Assembly (NCBI GenBank): GCA_963811155.1
Contig: CAWEQQ010000011.1
Coordinates: forward strand, 5,138 to 69,137
DNA length: 64,000 nucleotides
Source: an uncultured Solirubrobacterales bacterium
GTDB taxonomy: Bacteria; Actinomycetota; Thermoleophilia; Solirubrobacterales; Solirubrobacteraceae
Direction of reading: 5' to 3'
The notes below the pieces were generated by a model. It had not been told where the DNA came from and made no database searches. It saw only the letters and a program-made list of their open reading frames with translations. A program made the translations under genes and the position numbers. Below, piece after piece: positions 35,928-47,808 of the stretch; position 1 is the stretch's first letter, and each line of letters starts with the position of its first letter.

Positions 35928-35965
35928 GAGTCCGTGGCAGTATCCAGGATCTAGAGGGAGGGTAA

Positions 35966-36008
35966 GGGCTCCCGCGAAGAGGGGCGCGCGACGCGCCCCC
36001 CTTTCACG
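35966..36008. repeat. Type A element end fused to a short hairpin (possible livK terminator/stabiliser)
   Basis: TAA-GGGCTCCCGCGAA then GGGGCGCG-cga-CGCGCCCC. Confidence 0.55.
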
Positions 36009-36032
36009 GCTTCTCAGATCAAGGCGATCAGG

Positions 36033-37315
36033 CTACGTGTTGGTCGCCGTGACCGACTTGTAGAACACGGGCTCGCCATTCGAGCCGACCTTGTAGACGC
36101 CGTAGGACTTTATCGAGGTGTCCCCGTACTGGTTGAAGCCATACGTGCCGAGCACGGACGGACGAGCCTTGGTCGCGAACAGCGCGTGCAGCACCGCCGA
36201 CTTGCTGTTGCCCTGCGAACCGAGGCTTGCGATCGTGGCCAGACCGAGCTTCATGTCCTCGTAGCCGTAGATCGCGTACGGATCGGGGTTGGAGACGCCG
36301 TACGCGGCCTTGTAGGCGGCCAGGAACGCCTTGCCGCCCGGGTACGCAGGGAGGTCCTGGGTCGGCTGCGTGCACTCGAGCAAGGGGTCGATGCTCGCCG
36401 GCACGCCACCCTTCGCTGCGTTCGTCCACGAGTCCGTGCACATGCCGTCGCCCCCGAAGATCTTGGCCTTGGGGAGCGCCGCGTTGATGTCCTTGGTGAT
36501 CTGCACGCCTCCGTTGGAAACGATCGCGGCGTAGAAGAAGCAGTCGGCGCCCTGGCTCTTGACGGTCGACGCGTAGGAGGTGAAGTTCGGAGCGGTCGGG
36601 TCGACGCCGGTGTTGCTGGTGATCGTGACCCCGTAGAGGCCCTTCTCCACCTCCAGGTCGGCCGCGAGACCGGACCCGTACGCCTCCTTGTCGTTGGCGA
36701 CCGCGACCCTCGTGCAGCCGGCCTGCTTCATCGCGATCAGGTCGGCCGCCGCCTGGATCGTGTCGATCGGCACGACCCGCAGGAACGTGCGGGTGCCGGT
36801 CGGATAGTACTTGTTGGGCTCGCCTGGCAAGCTGCCCGGCAGGTTCCTGGTGAGGCCGACGAGTGTGTTCGCCGGGCTCACCTGGGGAACACCCGCCTCG
36901 TTGAGGATCGGGATCGAGACCTCGCTGCAGCCCGAGTTGAACTCGCCAATGTAGTAGACGGTCTTCGAATCCGCTGCGGCTGTCCGCGCGTTGGCGGCAC
37001 ACTGGCTGGGGTCCCACTTACCGGCGGCCGCGGTCGAGTCGTCGAGCGACTTGTAGTTGACGGTCCACTGTCCGGCCTTGCCATGAGCCTGCGAGAGCGC
37101 CAGCTTGATCCCGTTGACCATCGGGTTGGTTTGGGCTGTCGACGCTCCCTGGAGCGGCAGGCTCGAGTAGATGTCGACCACCTTCGAGCCGCTCGCGCTG
37201 CTCGAGCCGCTGCTGGCAGCGCCGCTGCTCGAGCTGCTACTGCTTCCGCACGCGCCCAAGGCGAGCACCGTGATCGCAAGCAGACTTCCCTTCATCGCGT
37301 TACCAGAAATCGCAT
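36033..37315 (-). CDS. livK: Branched-chain amino acid ABC substrate-binding lipoprotein (SBP1)
   Basis: Lipobox LGAC, IYSSLPL.G, YIGEFNSG, QVSPANT; SD AAGGAGG precedes an ATG at 37315 that is out of frame with the 37295 ORF (probable indel). Confidence 0.88.
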
Positions 37316-37486
37316 ACGCCTCCTTGTGTGTCGTTCATGGCCTTCCGAGGCTTGCCGAGGGTGGCGTAGTGCCCCGGGGTTCCCGATGGCGGCAGCGTAG
37401 TGGCGGTCGCGGACGCCAGCAAGCCGCCCGAATCGGATCATCGCAGTTCCTTAACGGAACGTAAACCGCTGACTCTGCGGCGCGCT

Positions 37487-37591
37487 CACCGGCGATCAGG
37501 TGGCGAGCACCCGCTGCACCGGCGATCAGGTGGCGAGCACCCGCCGCAACGGCGATAGGTGGCGAGTGCCCGCTGCAGCGGCCATCAGGTG
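37487..37591. repeat. ~30-bp tandem repeat (~3.5 copies)
   Basis: caccggcgatcaggtggcgagcacccgctg at 37487, 37517, 37547 and a partial copy at 37576. Confidence 0.85.
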
Positions 37592-38843
37592 TCGATCGCC
37601 CTCCAGAAGCAAGCCGACCGGCGACGATCCGGTACACCCCGTAGCGCGTCAGCGTCGTGTCGCCGTCGGGGTCGATGCTGTAGGTGCCGATCGCGCTGTG
37701 GCGGTGGCGGGTGGCGAACACCGCCGCCACGACCTTGGACCGCTGCGCGGCGCGCCGGCCTCCGTCGGTCGCGCGGTCGATCGCGCTGAGCATCAGCTTC
37801 ATCGCCTCGTAGCCGAAGATCGCGGTCGGCTCCACAGGGCCCGAGCCGCGGTCGTACGCGGCCCAGAACGCCGCCGCGGCGCGGCCGGTGGCGCTCGGCG
37901 CGAGCGTCGGGGAGGTGAGCAGCACGCGCGGGCCGATCGCCAGCGGGATTCCTCCCTGCGCCGGATCCGTGAAGGTCGTCTCGGCGAGCCCGGCGGCAAC
38001 CGAAGATCGTCGCGCGCGGGAAGCGCGGCGGCGATCTGCTTGGTGAGCAGCGCGGCGTGGTTCTCGGTCAGCGCACTGATCAGCACGCAGTCGGCACCGC
38101 TCTGAGCGACGCTGGACGCCAGCGAGCTGTAGTCGGTCGCCGTGGGATCGAATGCCTGGACAGCGACCACCTGCAGGCGGCGTCGGCCGGGCGGTCAGCT
38201 GGAACGTCGTCGCCGTGTCCTCGCCGTCGAACTCCCCGTCGTCGAGCACGTACGTCTTGCGGCACCCGGAGCTGAGCTGCAGCTTGACCATCGCCGCGGC
38301 CTGGACGGTGTCGTTCGGGACGACCCGAGCGTAGGTCCGTATGCCCGTCGGGTAGTACTTGGCCGGCTCACCCGGAGCGGCGCCGGGGGCGTCGCTGGTC
38401 AGCCCCACGGCCGTGCTCGCGGGAGTGATCTGCGCGATCCCGGCGCGGTTGAGCACCGGGATCGAGATCGCGCTGGCCCCGGAGTTGAAATCGCCGATGT
38501 ACCCGATCGTGGTCTTGTCCTGGGCCGCCTCGTGAGCGTTCAGGGTGGTCTGCCCCGGGTCCCACTGACCTCGCGCCGCGATCGAGTCGTCGAGCACCCT
38601 GACGACGATGTGGTATCGCCCGACCGCATTGCGCGCTTGCGCGAGCGCAAGCTGCGCACCTGCGATCACCGCCTGCGCGCTGACGCGCGAGGCGCCGTGC
38701 AGCGGGACGCTCTCGTAGATCGTGAGCGTGTCTCCGGCGATTCGGTTGCCGATCGCGGAGCTGGCCCCGCAACCGGCGAGCGTGGCGCAGATCGCGAGCG
38801 CGACCGCAAGCCGCACGATCCGCTTCCCGGAGGCTCGGCTCAC
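37585..38843 (-). CDS. LivK-like substrate-binding lipoprotein (SBP2), frameshifted
   Basis: LAGC lipobox, IYESVPL, YIGDFNSG, GEPAKYYPTG.RTYARVVP; ends ...FWRAIDT* after an indel. Confidence 0.8.
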
Positions 38844-38889
38844 CCCTCCCGCCCCTCCTCTCGTCGGCCACCCCTGGATCCGGCTCGGC

Positions 38890-40061
38890 TCACCCCTGGA
38901 CTGCACGAACTTGAACGGAACCAGCGTGCCGTCCTTGAAGTGGCTGAACACGAACGGCCCGATGTCGGGATCTCCGTTGCTGTTCAGCGAGTAGGTGCCG
39001 AGCACCGAGGGCCGGTCTCGGATCCTGAAGAAGTCCTTGACGACCGTCGCGCGCTGGTTGGCCGCGGAGCCCGCCTCGCCCAGGACCGACAACACGGCCT
39101 CCATCGCCTCGTAGCCAAAGATCGCGCCGAGCGCGGGGGAGTGGCCGTAGGCGGCCTTGAAGTCGGCGAAGAACTTCGCCCCCGACGGGCTGAGGTCGGC
39201 CGGCAGGAATCCTGGCGCGGAGATGTAGGTGCCACGCTGGGCGGCGGACGTGAGCTTGGCTGCAAACGTGGCGTTGTCGAGCGCGGACGGGCCAAATAGC
39301 TTCGTGCCGGGATTCGCCTGCACGGCGGCGTTGAACACGGAGGCCGCCTTGCTCGGATCACTGCCACCGTAGAACACGGCATCGGCGCCCCCCTCGCTGG
39401 AGACGACCGTGATCGCCGGCGAGGCGTCGTCCTTGACGGCGAGCGCGATCGCTTTGCCATACTCGCTGCCGTCGTCGGCGACGAACAGGCGCGTGACACC
39501 GAGCGCCCGCATCTCCTGCACCTGCGCCTTGGCCTCGAGCGCCGCGCTCGGCACGACCCGGGCGAACGTATAACCGAACGAGCCGTACGCCTCTTTGTAG
39601 TAGCTCTTGGGAGCGCCCGGGACCGCTGCGGTCGGCTGCGTGTAAGCGAGCGCCGTGTCGCTCGGGCTCACCTGAAGGACGTCCTGATCCTCAGTGATCG
39701 GGATCGAGTCCGCCGAGGCGCCCGGGTCGACCTCTCCCAGGTACGCAATCGTGCTCGAGTCCTGAATCGCGGTGCGCGCGTTGTCGGTGGTCTTGGCCTT
39801 GAGCGGCTCGAACCTGATTCGGAACGTTCCCACCTGCGCCCCGTTCTGCTGCAGCGCGAGTTGCTCGGCGTCGAGGATGTCCTGCGCCTGAGCGGGATCG
39901 GCGGTCTGTGACGGGACGCTCGCGTAGATCGACAGCGTCTTGCCGGTGATCCCAGCGATCGAGCTGGTCGCGCCCGTCGTGCAGCCGCCGGCCGCGACCG
40001 CGAGCGCCGTCAATAGGCAAGCTGTCAGGGCCCGGCTCGGTGCGAGCACGCCTCGGCGCAT
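38890..40061 (-). CDS. LivK-like substrate-binding lipoprotein (SBP3); apparent fusion to SBP2 is probably an indel
   Basis: AGGC lipobox, IYASVP, AYLGE, FARVVP, FGYEAM. Confidence 0.78.
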
Positions 40062-40071
40062 GGCGTGACCT

Positions 40072-40233
40072 TCAGTCCCGCCGGCCGGGCAGGAACGGAA
40101 GCACGTTGCGGACCCCGATCGCAACCAGCACCATCAGGATCGCGATCAGGATGGCGTCGAAGCCGCTCACGCCGAGCGCCCACAGCACAATCCAGAGGCA
40201 CAGCCCGGCGGTGGCGGTGATGATCAGGCCCAT
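40072..40233 (-). CDS. 53-aa two-TM membrane protein (absent from the ORF track)
   Basis: MGLIITATAGLCLWIVLWALGVSGFDAILIAILMVLVAIGVRNVLPFLPGRRD*; TAGCAT -10-like hexamer upstream. Confidence 0.7.
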   Translation of the reverse strand: MGLIITATAGLCLWIVLWALGVSGFDAILIAILMVLVAIGVRNVLPFLPGRRD

Positions 40234-40245
40234 CCCCCCAAAATG

Positions 40246-41064
40246 CTAACCGGTGCGAGCGCGCGGCGGAATCGTTGTCAACGCGACCGCGAACTCGCGC
40301 ACCAGCTCCAGCACCGACACGGCCGGATCCGGCGCCTCGCGGGCAGCTCGAACCAGGCGGGTACCGACGATCACGCCGTCGGCCCCGGCGGCTGCGGCGG
40401 CTGCGGCCTGCGCGGGCGTCCCGATCCCGAAGCCGACCGCCACCGGCACACCGGTGTGCGCGGCCGCGCGGGCGACAACCGCCGCCATGCCGTCGACGCG
40501 CGCCCGCTCACCTGTGGTGCCGGTCACCGACACCGTATAGAGGAACCCGCGGGCCTTGGCGCCGATCCGCTCCAGGCGCTCCTCGGGCGTCGTCGGCGCG
40601 ACCAGCGGGACGAGCGCGAGACCGCGATCGTCGCACGCCTGCAGCACCTCCGCCGCTTCCTCGAGCGGCAAGTCGGGCACGATCAGGCCGCTCGCGCCGG
40701 CCGCCGCGAGCGCGTCGGCGAACCGGTGCAGGCCGCGGGCGAGGATCACGTTCGCATAGCACATGATCACGACGGGGACTCGCTGCGACACCGCTGTGCA
40801 GATCTCGAGCACCCGGTGGAGGTTCGCGCCCGCACTCAACGCCGCGGTCGCGGCCGCGTGGATCACCGGCCCGTCGGCCAGCGGATCGGAGAACGGGACG
40901 CCCAGCTCGATCAGGTCCGCCCCCGCCTGCGCGTACGCGAGCCCGATCCGCTCGCTGCTCCCAAGGTCCGGAAAGCCGCCCATCATGTAGGGCATCAGCG
41001 CGGCACGCCGACCGTCGGCGCGGGCGCGGGCAAACGCCTCGGCGATCGCCTCGACGCCGCTCAT
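40246..41064 (-). CDS. trpA: Tryptophan synthase alpha chain
   Basis: ELGVPFSDPLADGPVI, LVAPTT, SVTGTTG, VGFGI. Confidence 0.95.
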   Translation of the reverse strand: MSGVEAIAEAFARARADGRRAALMPYMMGGFPDLGSSERIGLAYAQAGADLIELGVPFSDPLADGPVIHAAATAALSAGANLHRVLEICTAVSQRVPVVIMCYANVILARGLHRFADALAAAGASGLIVPDLPLEEAAEVLQACDDRGLALVPLVAPTTPEERLERIGAKARGFLYTVSVTGTTGERARVDGMAAVVARAAAHTGVPVAVGFGIGTPAQAAAAAAAGADGVIVGTRLVRAAREAPDPAVSVLELVREFAVALTTIPPRARTG

Positions 41065-42236
41065 CAAGACCGGCCGCCCAGCAGCGCGAGCGCCTCGGCC
41101 AGATCCTTGTCCCCCCGCCCCGAGAGGCACACGAGATCGAGCTCGCTGGGCCCGTTCGCGAGCGTCCAGGCGAGCGCGTGGGAGCTCTCGAGGGCGGGGA
41201 TGATCCCCTCCAGGCGCGCTGTGCGGGCGAACGCCGCCAGCGCCTCGTCGTCGGTCACCGCCACGTAGCGCGCGCGGCCCGAATCACGCAACCAGGCGTG
41301 CTCGGGGCCACTGCCCGGGTAGTCGAGGCCCGCCGAGATCGAATGCGCCTCGAGGATCTGGCCGTCCTCGTCCTGCATGATCGCGGTCAGCGCTCCGTGC
41401 AGCACGCCGGGAAGACCGCCCGCCGTCAGGGGCGCTCCGTGGCGGCCGGTGTCGATGCCCGCGCCGCCCGCCTCGACGCCCACGAGCTCGACGCTCGTGT
41501 CCGCAACGAACGGGACGAAGATCCCGATCGAGTTCGAGCCTCCTCCCACGCACGCGATCACGCGCTGTGGCAGCCGCCCCTCCTTCTCCAGCACCTGCGC
41601 TCGCGCCTCGTCGCCGATCACCCGCTGCAGGTCTCGCACGAGCGCGGGATAGGGCGCCGGCCCGACGCATGAGCCGATGATGTAGTGCGTCCTCTCGACA
41701 CTGGTCACCCAGTCGCGAATCGCCGCCGAGACGGCCTCCTTGAGCGTACGGGCCCCGGCCCCGACCGGCTTCACGGTGGCGCCGAGCAGGCCCATCCGCT
41801 CAACATTCGGCTTCTGGCGGCGCATGTCCTCGGTGCCCATGTAGACGATGCACTCGAGGTCCAGCAGCGCGCACGCGGTCGCCGACGCGACGCCGTGCTG
41901 CCCGGCTCCGGTCTCGGCGATGATCCGGTGCTTGCCCATCCGCCTGGCGAGCAGCGCCTGCCCGAGCGCGTTGTTGATCTTGTGTGCACCGGTGTGGTTG
42001 AGGTCCTCGCGCTTGAGGTAGATCCGGTGGCCGGCCGCCTCGCTCAGTCGGGCGGCGAGAAACAGCGGCGAGGGACGCCCGACGTAGTCAACCAGCAGCG
42101 CATGCAGCTCAGCGCGGTAGCTGGGGTCCTCGCGTGCATCGATCCATGCGGCTTCCAGCTCGGCGAGCGCCGGCATTAGCGTCTCCGGCACGTACTGGCC
42201 GCCGTACGGGCCGAAGCGGTGCTCGACCGCGCTCAT
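41064..42236 (-). CDS. trpB: Tryptophan synthase beta chain
   Basis: [43 protein letters not shown]. Confidence 0.96.
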   Translation of the reverse strand: MSAVEHRFGPYGGQYVPETLMPALAELEAAWIDAREDPSYRAELHALLVDYVGRPSPLFLAARLSEAAGHRIYLKREDLNHTGAHKINNALGQALLARRMGKHRIIAETGAGQHGVASATACALLDLECIVYMGTEDMRRQKPNVERMGLLGATVKPVGAGARTLKEAVSAAIRDWVTSVERTHYIIGSCVGPAPYPALVRDLQRVIGDEARAQVLEKEGRLPQRVIACVGGGSNSIGIFVPFVADTSVELVGVEAGGAGIDTGRHGAPLTAGGLPGVLHGALTAIMQDEDGQILEAHSISAGLDYPGSGPEHAWLRDSGRARYVAVTDDEALAAFARTARLEGIIPALESSHALAWTLANGPSELDLVCLSGRGDKDLAEALALLGGRS

Positions 42237-42895
42237 CTCGCCGCGTGGGCCGCTGTGACAGACGACACGGCGGCCGCGAACGCGTACAGCTTCGCTGGGT
42301 CCTTGCGCCCCGGCGCGCGCTCCACGCCACTGGCCACGTCGACCGCATAAGGTCCCACGACCGCGATCGCCTCGGCGACGTTGTCAGGCTTCAGGCCGCC
42401 CGAGAGGATCAAGGGCGCGGTCCTGCGGTGCGCCCGCGCGATCTCCCACGAGAACGTCTCGCCGGTTCCACCCGGGATCCCTGGCGCGTAGCTGTCGAGC
42501 AGGTGAAAGTCGGTGTGAAACGACGCCAGGGCCTGGATGTCCGCGCCGCTGCGGACCCGTGCCGCCTTGATCACCCTACAGCCGGTGCGCCGAGCCGCCT
42601 CGGCACAGAACGACGGACCTTCGTCGCCGTGCAGCTGGAGCATCGTCAATCCCACTGCGTCGGCGGTCCGGGCGACGTCGTCCAGTGTCGGGTTCACGAA
42701 CACGCCAACGACCTCCGCCCGTCGCTTGAGCGCCGCGGCGATCTCCACCGCCGCATCGAGATGGCATCGCCGAGGCGAGCGCGCCCAGAAGACCAGCCCG
42801 ATCGCCCACGCGCCGGCGTCGACAGCGTCGCTGGCGTCATCGAGGTTGGTCAGGCCGCAGAACTTGATCTTCGGAACGCTCGCCACGACGGACAT
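42233..42895 (-). CDS. trpF: Phosphoribosylanthranilate isomerase
   Basis: [30 protein letters not shown]. Confidence 0.93.
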   Translation of the reverse strand: MSVVASVPKIKFCGLTNLDDASDAVDAGAWAIGLVFWARSPRRCHLDAAVEIAAALKRRAEVVGVFVNPTLDDVARTADAVGLTMLQLHGDEGPSFCAEAARRTGCRVIKAARVRSGADIQALASFHTDFHLLDSYAPGIPGGTGETFSWEIARAHRRTAPLILSGGLKPDNVAEAIAVVGPYAVDVASGVERAPGRKDPAKLYAFAAAVSSVTAAHAAR

Positions 42896-42944
42896 CGTAG
42901 GGGCGCAGGAACGACTCGTGGGAGCGTGGGCTCGATCGCCAACC

Positions 42945-43802
42945 TCACGGGCGAGGCTTGGGAGCCGTGACCAGCACCCCGCGGCGGGTGCCGAGCGCCA
43001 ACAGCATCGGCTGCGCCGTGTTGACCGGCACTGCGAACGCGATCCCGACGCTGCCGGTGCCGCCGTTGGCGGCCATCTCGATCTGCGAGTTGATCCCGAT
43101 CACACGTCCGTCGGCGTCCAGCAGCGGGCCGCCAGAGTTGCCAGGGTTGATCGGGGCGTCGGTCTGGATCACGTTGTTGATCGCGAATCCGTTCGGCGCC
43201 CGGATCTGGCGCTGCAGCGCAGACACGATCCCGCTCGTCAGCGTGCGGTCGAGCCCGAACGGGTTTCCGATCGCAAGCGTCGGATCGCCGACGCGGACAG
43301 TCGTGGAGTCGCCGATCGGCAGGGGCTTGACCGACGGCACGCCGCTCATCTGGACCTGCAGCACGGCGAGGTCGTTGCTCGGGTCCTGGCCGACGACGAC
43401 CGCCTTGCGGCTGATGGCGTCCTCGAACTGCACCGTCACTCCGGTTCGCGGGTCCGCGCCCTCGATCACGTGGTAGTTGGTGAGGATGTGACCCTCGGTG
43501 TCGATCAGGAACCCCGAGCCCGTCGAGATGCTGCTCTCCTGCTCTGGGAAGAGATCGAACGGATCCTCCGCCCGCTCGATCACCCGAGCGCGGACGAACA
43601 CGACACCCGGAGCGTCGCGCACATAGATGCCATGCGGCGTCAGGCCGGTGCCGTCGCCTGACGCCGGCTCGGCGGCCGGCGCCTCCTGCACGATCGTCTG
43701 GGTCGTGCGACGGCCCGTGATCCCGAGCGCAAGGAACGCGAGCACGACCACGAGCCCGCCGAGGACCGCGGCAACAAACTGCGAGCGAAGCAGCAGTTTC
43801 AT
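42945..43802 (-). CDS. HtrA/DegP-like trypsin serine protease, no PDZ domain
   Basis: TGSGF, LTNYHV, DLAVL, GNPFGL, QTDAPINPGNSGGPL; N-terminal TM segment. Confidence 0.88.
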   Translation of the reverse strand: MKLLLRSQFVAAVLGGLVVVLAFLALGITGRRTTQTIVQEAPAAEPASGDGTGLTPHGIYVRDAPGVVFVRARVIERAEDPFDLFPEQESSISTGSGFLIDTEGHILTNYHVIEGADPRTGVTVQFEDAISRKAVVVGQDPSNDLAVLQVQMSGVPSVKPLPIGDSTTVRVGDPTLAIGNPFGLDRTLTSGIVSALQRQIRAPNGFAINNVIQTDAPINPGNSGGPLLDADGRVIGINSQIEMAANGGTGSVGIAFAVPVNTAQPMLLALGTRRGVLVTAPKPRP

Positions 43803-43837
43803 GCATGACTGAGTGTTCACCTGGTGCTGAAGTGCAC

Positions 43838-44629
43838 CTAAACGCGGCTCCGGGAGAGTTCACGGCAGGCGGCCTCGACGTCGGGCGCGCGCATCAGCGC
43901 CTCGCCGATCAGCACTGCGCTGACTCCTGCCTGCGCCAGCTCCTCGAGCTCCGCGCGCCGGCTGAGGCCCGACTCGGCCACCACCGGGATCTGGGGAGGG
44001 ACGCCGGGGAGCAACTCGAGCGTGCGACGACGATCGACGGCAAGGGTCGTTAGATCCCGGTTGTTGATCCCGATCAGGCGGGCCCCGCTCGCCGCCGCCG
44101 CGTCGAGCTCCGCGCGGTCGTGGACTTCGACCAGCGCCGTCAGCCCGCAGGCATCGGCCTCGCGCTGCAGCGCGGCGAGCTCGCCGGGCGACAGCACAGC
44201 GACGATCAGCAGGATCGCATCGGCACCCGCGGCGAAGGACTCGAGCACCTGGTAGCGCTCGACGATGAAGTCCTTGCGCAGGATCGGCAACTCCGCCGCC
44301 GTCCTGGCTGCGCGCAGGTCCGCCAGCGAGCCACCGAAGCTGGGCCCCTCGGTCAGCACCGAGACCGCGCTCGCGCCGCCACGTTCGTACGCGCCCACGA
44401 CGTCCTCGAGCGCCAGCCCTGCGCGGATCAGGCCCGCTGAGGGCGATCGGCGCTTGTGCTCGGCGATCACCGATACGCCGGGACCCGCGATCGCGTCGGT
44501 GAACGAGCGCCTGTCGCCGGCGCTCGCCCGCTGCGCCGCGAGCCGCTCCAGCTGCGCCGGCGTGATCTGGAGCTTGCGCCGGCGCACCTCCTCGCGCGTC
44601 GCGGCGACGATCGGTTCAAGCGCGTTCAC
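43838..44629 (-). CDS. trpC: Indole-3-glycerol phosphate synthase
   Basis: IAEHKRRSPS, SVLTE, LRKDFI, GINNRDL, AESG. Confidence 0.94.
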   Translation of the reverse strand: MNALEPIVAATREEVRRRKLQITPAQLERLAAQRASAGDRRSFTDAIAGPGVSVIAEHKRRSPSAGLIRAGLALEDVVGAYERGGASAVSVLTEGPSFGGSLADLRAARTAAELPILRKDFIVERYQVLESFAAGADAILLIVAVLSPGELAALQREADACGLTALVEVHDRAELDAAAASGARLIGINNRDLTTLAVDRRRTLELLPGVPPQIPVVAESGLSRRAELEELAQAGVSAVLIGEALMRAPDVEAACRELSRSRV

Positions 44630-45665
44630 CCGCGCCCCGGCGCGAGCTCGTGCGTGCGCGCCACGAACCGCTCGAGTGCCCCAGCCGCGGCGCCCGAGTC
44701 GATCGACTGCTCGGCGGCGCGGACGCCGTCGCGAAGCGAGCCGGCGCCCCCGCCGGCGTAGATCGCCGCGCCGGCGTTGAGCACGGCGAGGTCGCGTGCA
44801 GGGCCGCGATCGCCGGCGAAGATCCGGCGGGTGGTCTCGGCGTTCTCGTGCGGCGTGCCGCCCGGGATCGCGTCCGCCGGCGCGCGCGGCAGCGACACCT
44901 CCTCGGGCGTGATCGAGTAGCGACGCAGCTCACCGTCGACGACCTCGACGATCCGCGTGGGAGCCGAGATGCTGAGCTCGTCGAGGCCGTCCTCGCCGGT
45001 TGCCAGCAGCGCGTGCTCGGTCTCGAGCAACGCCAGCGCCCCCGCCATCGTCTCTAGGTACGCCGGATCCGAGACCCCGATCAGCTGGCGGCTCGCTCCC
45101 GCCGGGTTCGTCAGCGGGCCGAGGAAGTTGAAGATCGTCCGGACCGCGAGCTGCCGGCGCACCGGGACCACGTACCGCGTCGCCTGGTGGTGGGCTGGCG
45201 CGAACATGAACCCGAACCCGACGTCCTCGATGCAGCGCGCCACGCAAGCGGGCGCGAGATCGATACGCGCGCCGAGCGCCTCGAGCAGATCGGCCGATCC
45301 CGAGAGGCCGGTCGCCGAGCGGTTACCGTGCTTGGCGACCGTGCAGCCGGCGCCGGCGGCGATCAGCGCCGCGGTCGTCGAGACGTTGAACGTGCGCCGG
45401 CCGCCGCCGGTGCCCGCCGTGTCCAGCAGGCGGTCGCGATCGACGCGCACGCCGGTCGCCAGCGAACGCATCGCCAAGGCCAGGCCGGCCAGCTCCGCGA
45501 CGGTCTCTCCCTTTGTCCGCAGCGCGATCAGAAAGCCCGCGATCTGCACCTCGGTCGCGCCGCCGGCCATGATCTCCGACAGGACGGCGGCGGCGTCCTC
45601 CTGGCTCAGGTCCCGGCCGCCGGCGAGCGTGTCGATCGCCCGCGTGAGCAGATCGGGCGCCGTAC

Positions 45666-45669
<4 letters not shown>
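44626..45669 (-). CDS. trpD: Anthranilate phosphoribosyltransferase
   Basis: DTAGTGG, FNVST, KHGNRS, GSADLL, RTIFN.LGPLTNP. Confidence 0.95.
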
Positions 45670-46232
<563 letters not shown>

Positions 46233-46338
46233 AGCGCGAACGGTAACGCGGCGGCGCCCCCGGGATCTCACGGGCAGATCAGGAACGGGGGGATCGCCCC
46301 CCGACGATCCCCCAATGAGATCGCCCCCCCGGGCGATC

Positions 46339-47808
46339 TCACGGCCACCCGGGTTGGGCGACCGCCAGCTCGATCGCCTGCAGCACGGCTCGGGCCTTGG
46401 CTTCCGATTCGCGGTACTCGTAATCAGGCCGGGCGTCAGCGACGGTGCCGCCACCGGCCTGCACATGGGCGACGCCGTCCTTGACGACCACGGTGCGGAT
46501 ATGGATGCAGGTGTCGAGGTCGCCGGTATAGCTGGCGTAGCCGATCGCCCCGCCGTAGCCGCCGCGCTTGACCGGTTCGAGCTCGTCGATGATCTGCATC
46601 GCGCGTACTTTGGGCGCCCCCGACAGCGTGCCCGCCGGCAGCACGGAACGCAGCGCGTCCAGCGCGCGCACATGCTCGCGCAGCCGTCCGGTGACCCGCG
46701 ACACGATGTGCATGACGTGGCTGTAGTTCTCTACGACCATGAAGTCCTCGACCTTGACGCTGCCGTACTCGCACACCCGGCCGAGATCGTTGCGGCCGAG
46801 GTCGACGAGCATCACGTGCTCGGCGCGCTCCTTGGGGTCGGCGAGCAGCTCGGCCGCCATCCGGCTGTCCTCGTCGGCGCTTGCCCCGCGCGGCCGCGTG
46901 CCCGCGATCGGACGCGTCGAGACGTCGCGCCCGGTGACCGTGATCAGCGGCTCGGGGCTCGCGCCGGCGATCTCGAAGTCGCCGAAGTCCAGGAAGTACA
47001 TGTAGGGGCTCGGGTTGACCGCGCGCAAGCCGCGGTAGATCGAGAACGCCTCCACCGGCACGCGCGCAGACCAGCGCTGCGAGGGGACGACCTGGTATGC
47101 GTCGCCGGCCCAGATGTACCGGACGATCCGCGCCACGATCGCCTCGAACTGGTCGCGGGTCATGTTCGCTTCAAACGCCGGCCCGCGACGGCCGGCGTCC
47201 GGCGGCCGCGCCGGCCCGGGGACCGGGCCTCCGAGCCGCGAGCGGACCTCGGCGATCGTCTCCACCGCTCGTGCGTAGGAGGCTTCGAGGTCCTCGTCGG
47301 CGTAGACGTTGGCGAGCACCGTCACGGTGTGCTTGAGGTGATCGAACACGACCAGCGCGTCGGTGAACATCAGCGCCAGGTCGGGAACCCCCAGCGGATC
47401 GGGGTTGGGCTCGCCGAGCGGCTCGACGGTTCGCACCAGGTCGTAGGCGAACATCCCGACCGCGCCGCCGGCGAACGGCGGCAGATCCGGCAGCGGCGCA
47501 GGGCGAAAGCGCGCCAGCTCCGCCGCGGCGAGCGCGTACGGATCGCCCGCGTCCCCGAGTGACCAGCGCAGCACGCTGCGGGGGCGGCAGCCGATGAACG
47601 AATAGCGCCCGACGCGGCCCTGATCGGCCGACTCGAGCAGGAACGCCGCCCCCTGCGCGCGCAGCTTCAGGAACGCCGACACCGGAGTCTGGCAGTCGTC
47701 GATGAACGTCTCCCGGAGCGGAATCAGGTTGTGCTCGCGGGCGAGTGCCCGCACGGCGGCCAGCGACAGCGTCGCGCCGGACGCGGCGCTAGCGCTGGCG
47801 ACGGCCAT
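46339..47808 (-). CDS. trpE: Anthranilate synthase component I
   Basis: [40 protein letters not shown]. Confidence 0.95.
   Translation of the reverse strand: MAVASASAASGATLSLAAVRALAREHNLIPLRETFIDDCQTPVSAFLKLRAQGAAFLLESADQGRVGRYSFIGCRPRSVLRWSLGDAGDPYALAAAELARFRPAPLPDLPPFAGGAVGMFAYDLVRTVEPLGEPNPDPLGVPDLALMFTDALVVFDHLKHTVTVLANVYADEDLEASYARAVETIAEVRSRLGGPVPGPARPPDAGRRGPAFEANMTRDQFEAIVARIVRYIWAGDAYQVVPSQRWSARVPVEAFSIYRGLRAVNPSPYMYFLDFGDFEIAGASPEPLITVTGRDVSTRPIAGTRPRGASADEDSRMAAELLADPKERAEHVMLVDLGRNDLGRVCEYGSVKVEDFMVVENYSHVMHIVSRVTGRLREHVRALDALRSVLPAGTLSGAPKVRAMQIIDELEPVKRGGYGGAIGYASYTGDLDTCIHIRTVVVKDGVAHVQAGGGTVADARPDYEYRESEAKARAVLQAIELAVAQPGWP

Noticed and set aside
26854-37591. 27-30 bp repeats (26854, 28077, 37487) as CRISPR arrays
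   Set aside because: Head-to-tail units without unique spacers, and no cas genes in the window
37335-40124. 929-aa double substrate-binding protein fusion in the ORF track
   Set aside because: An internal lipobox and start at 38843 and an off-frame stop at 38890 indicate two genes joined by an indel
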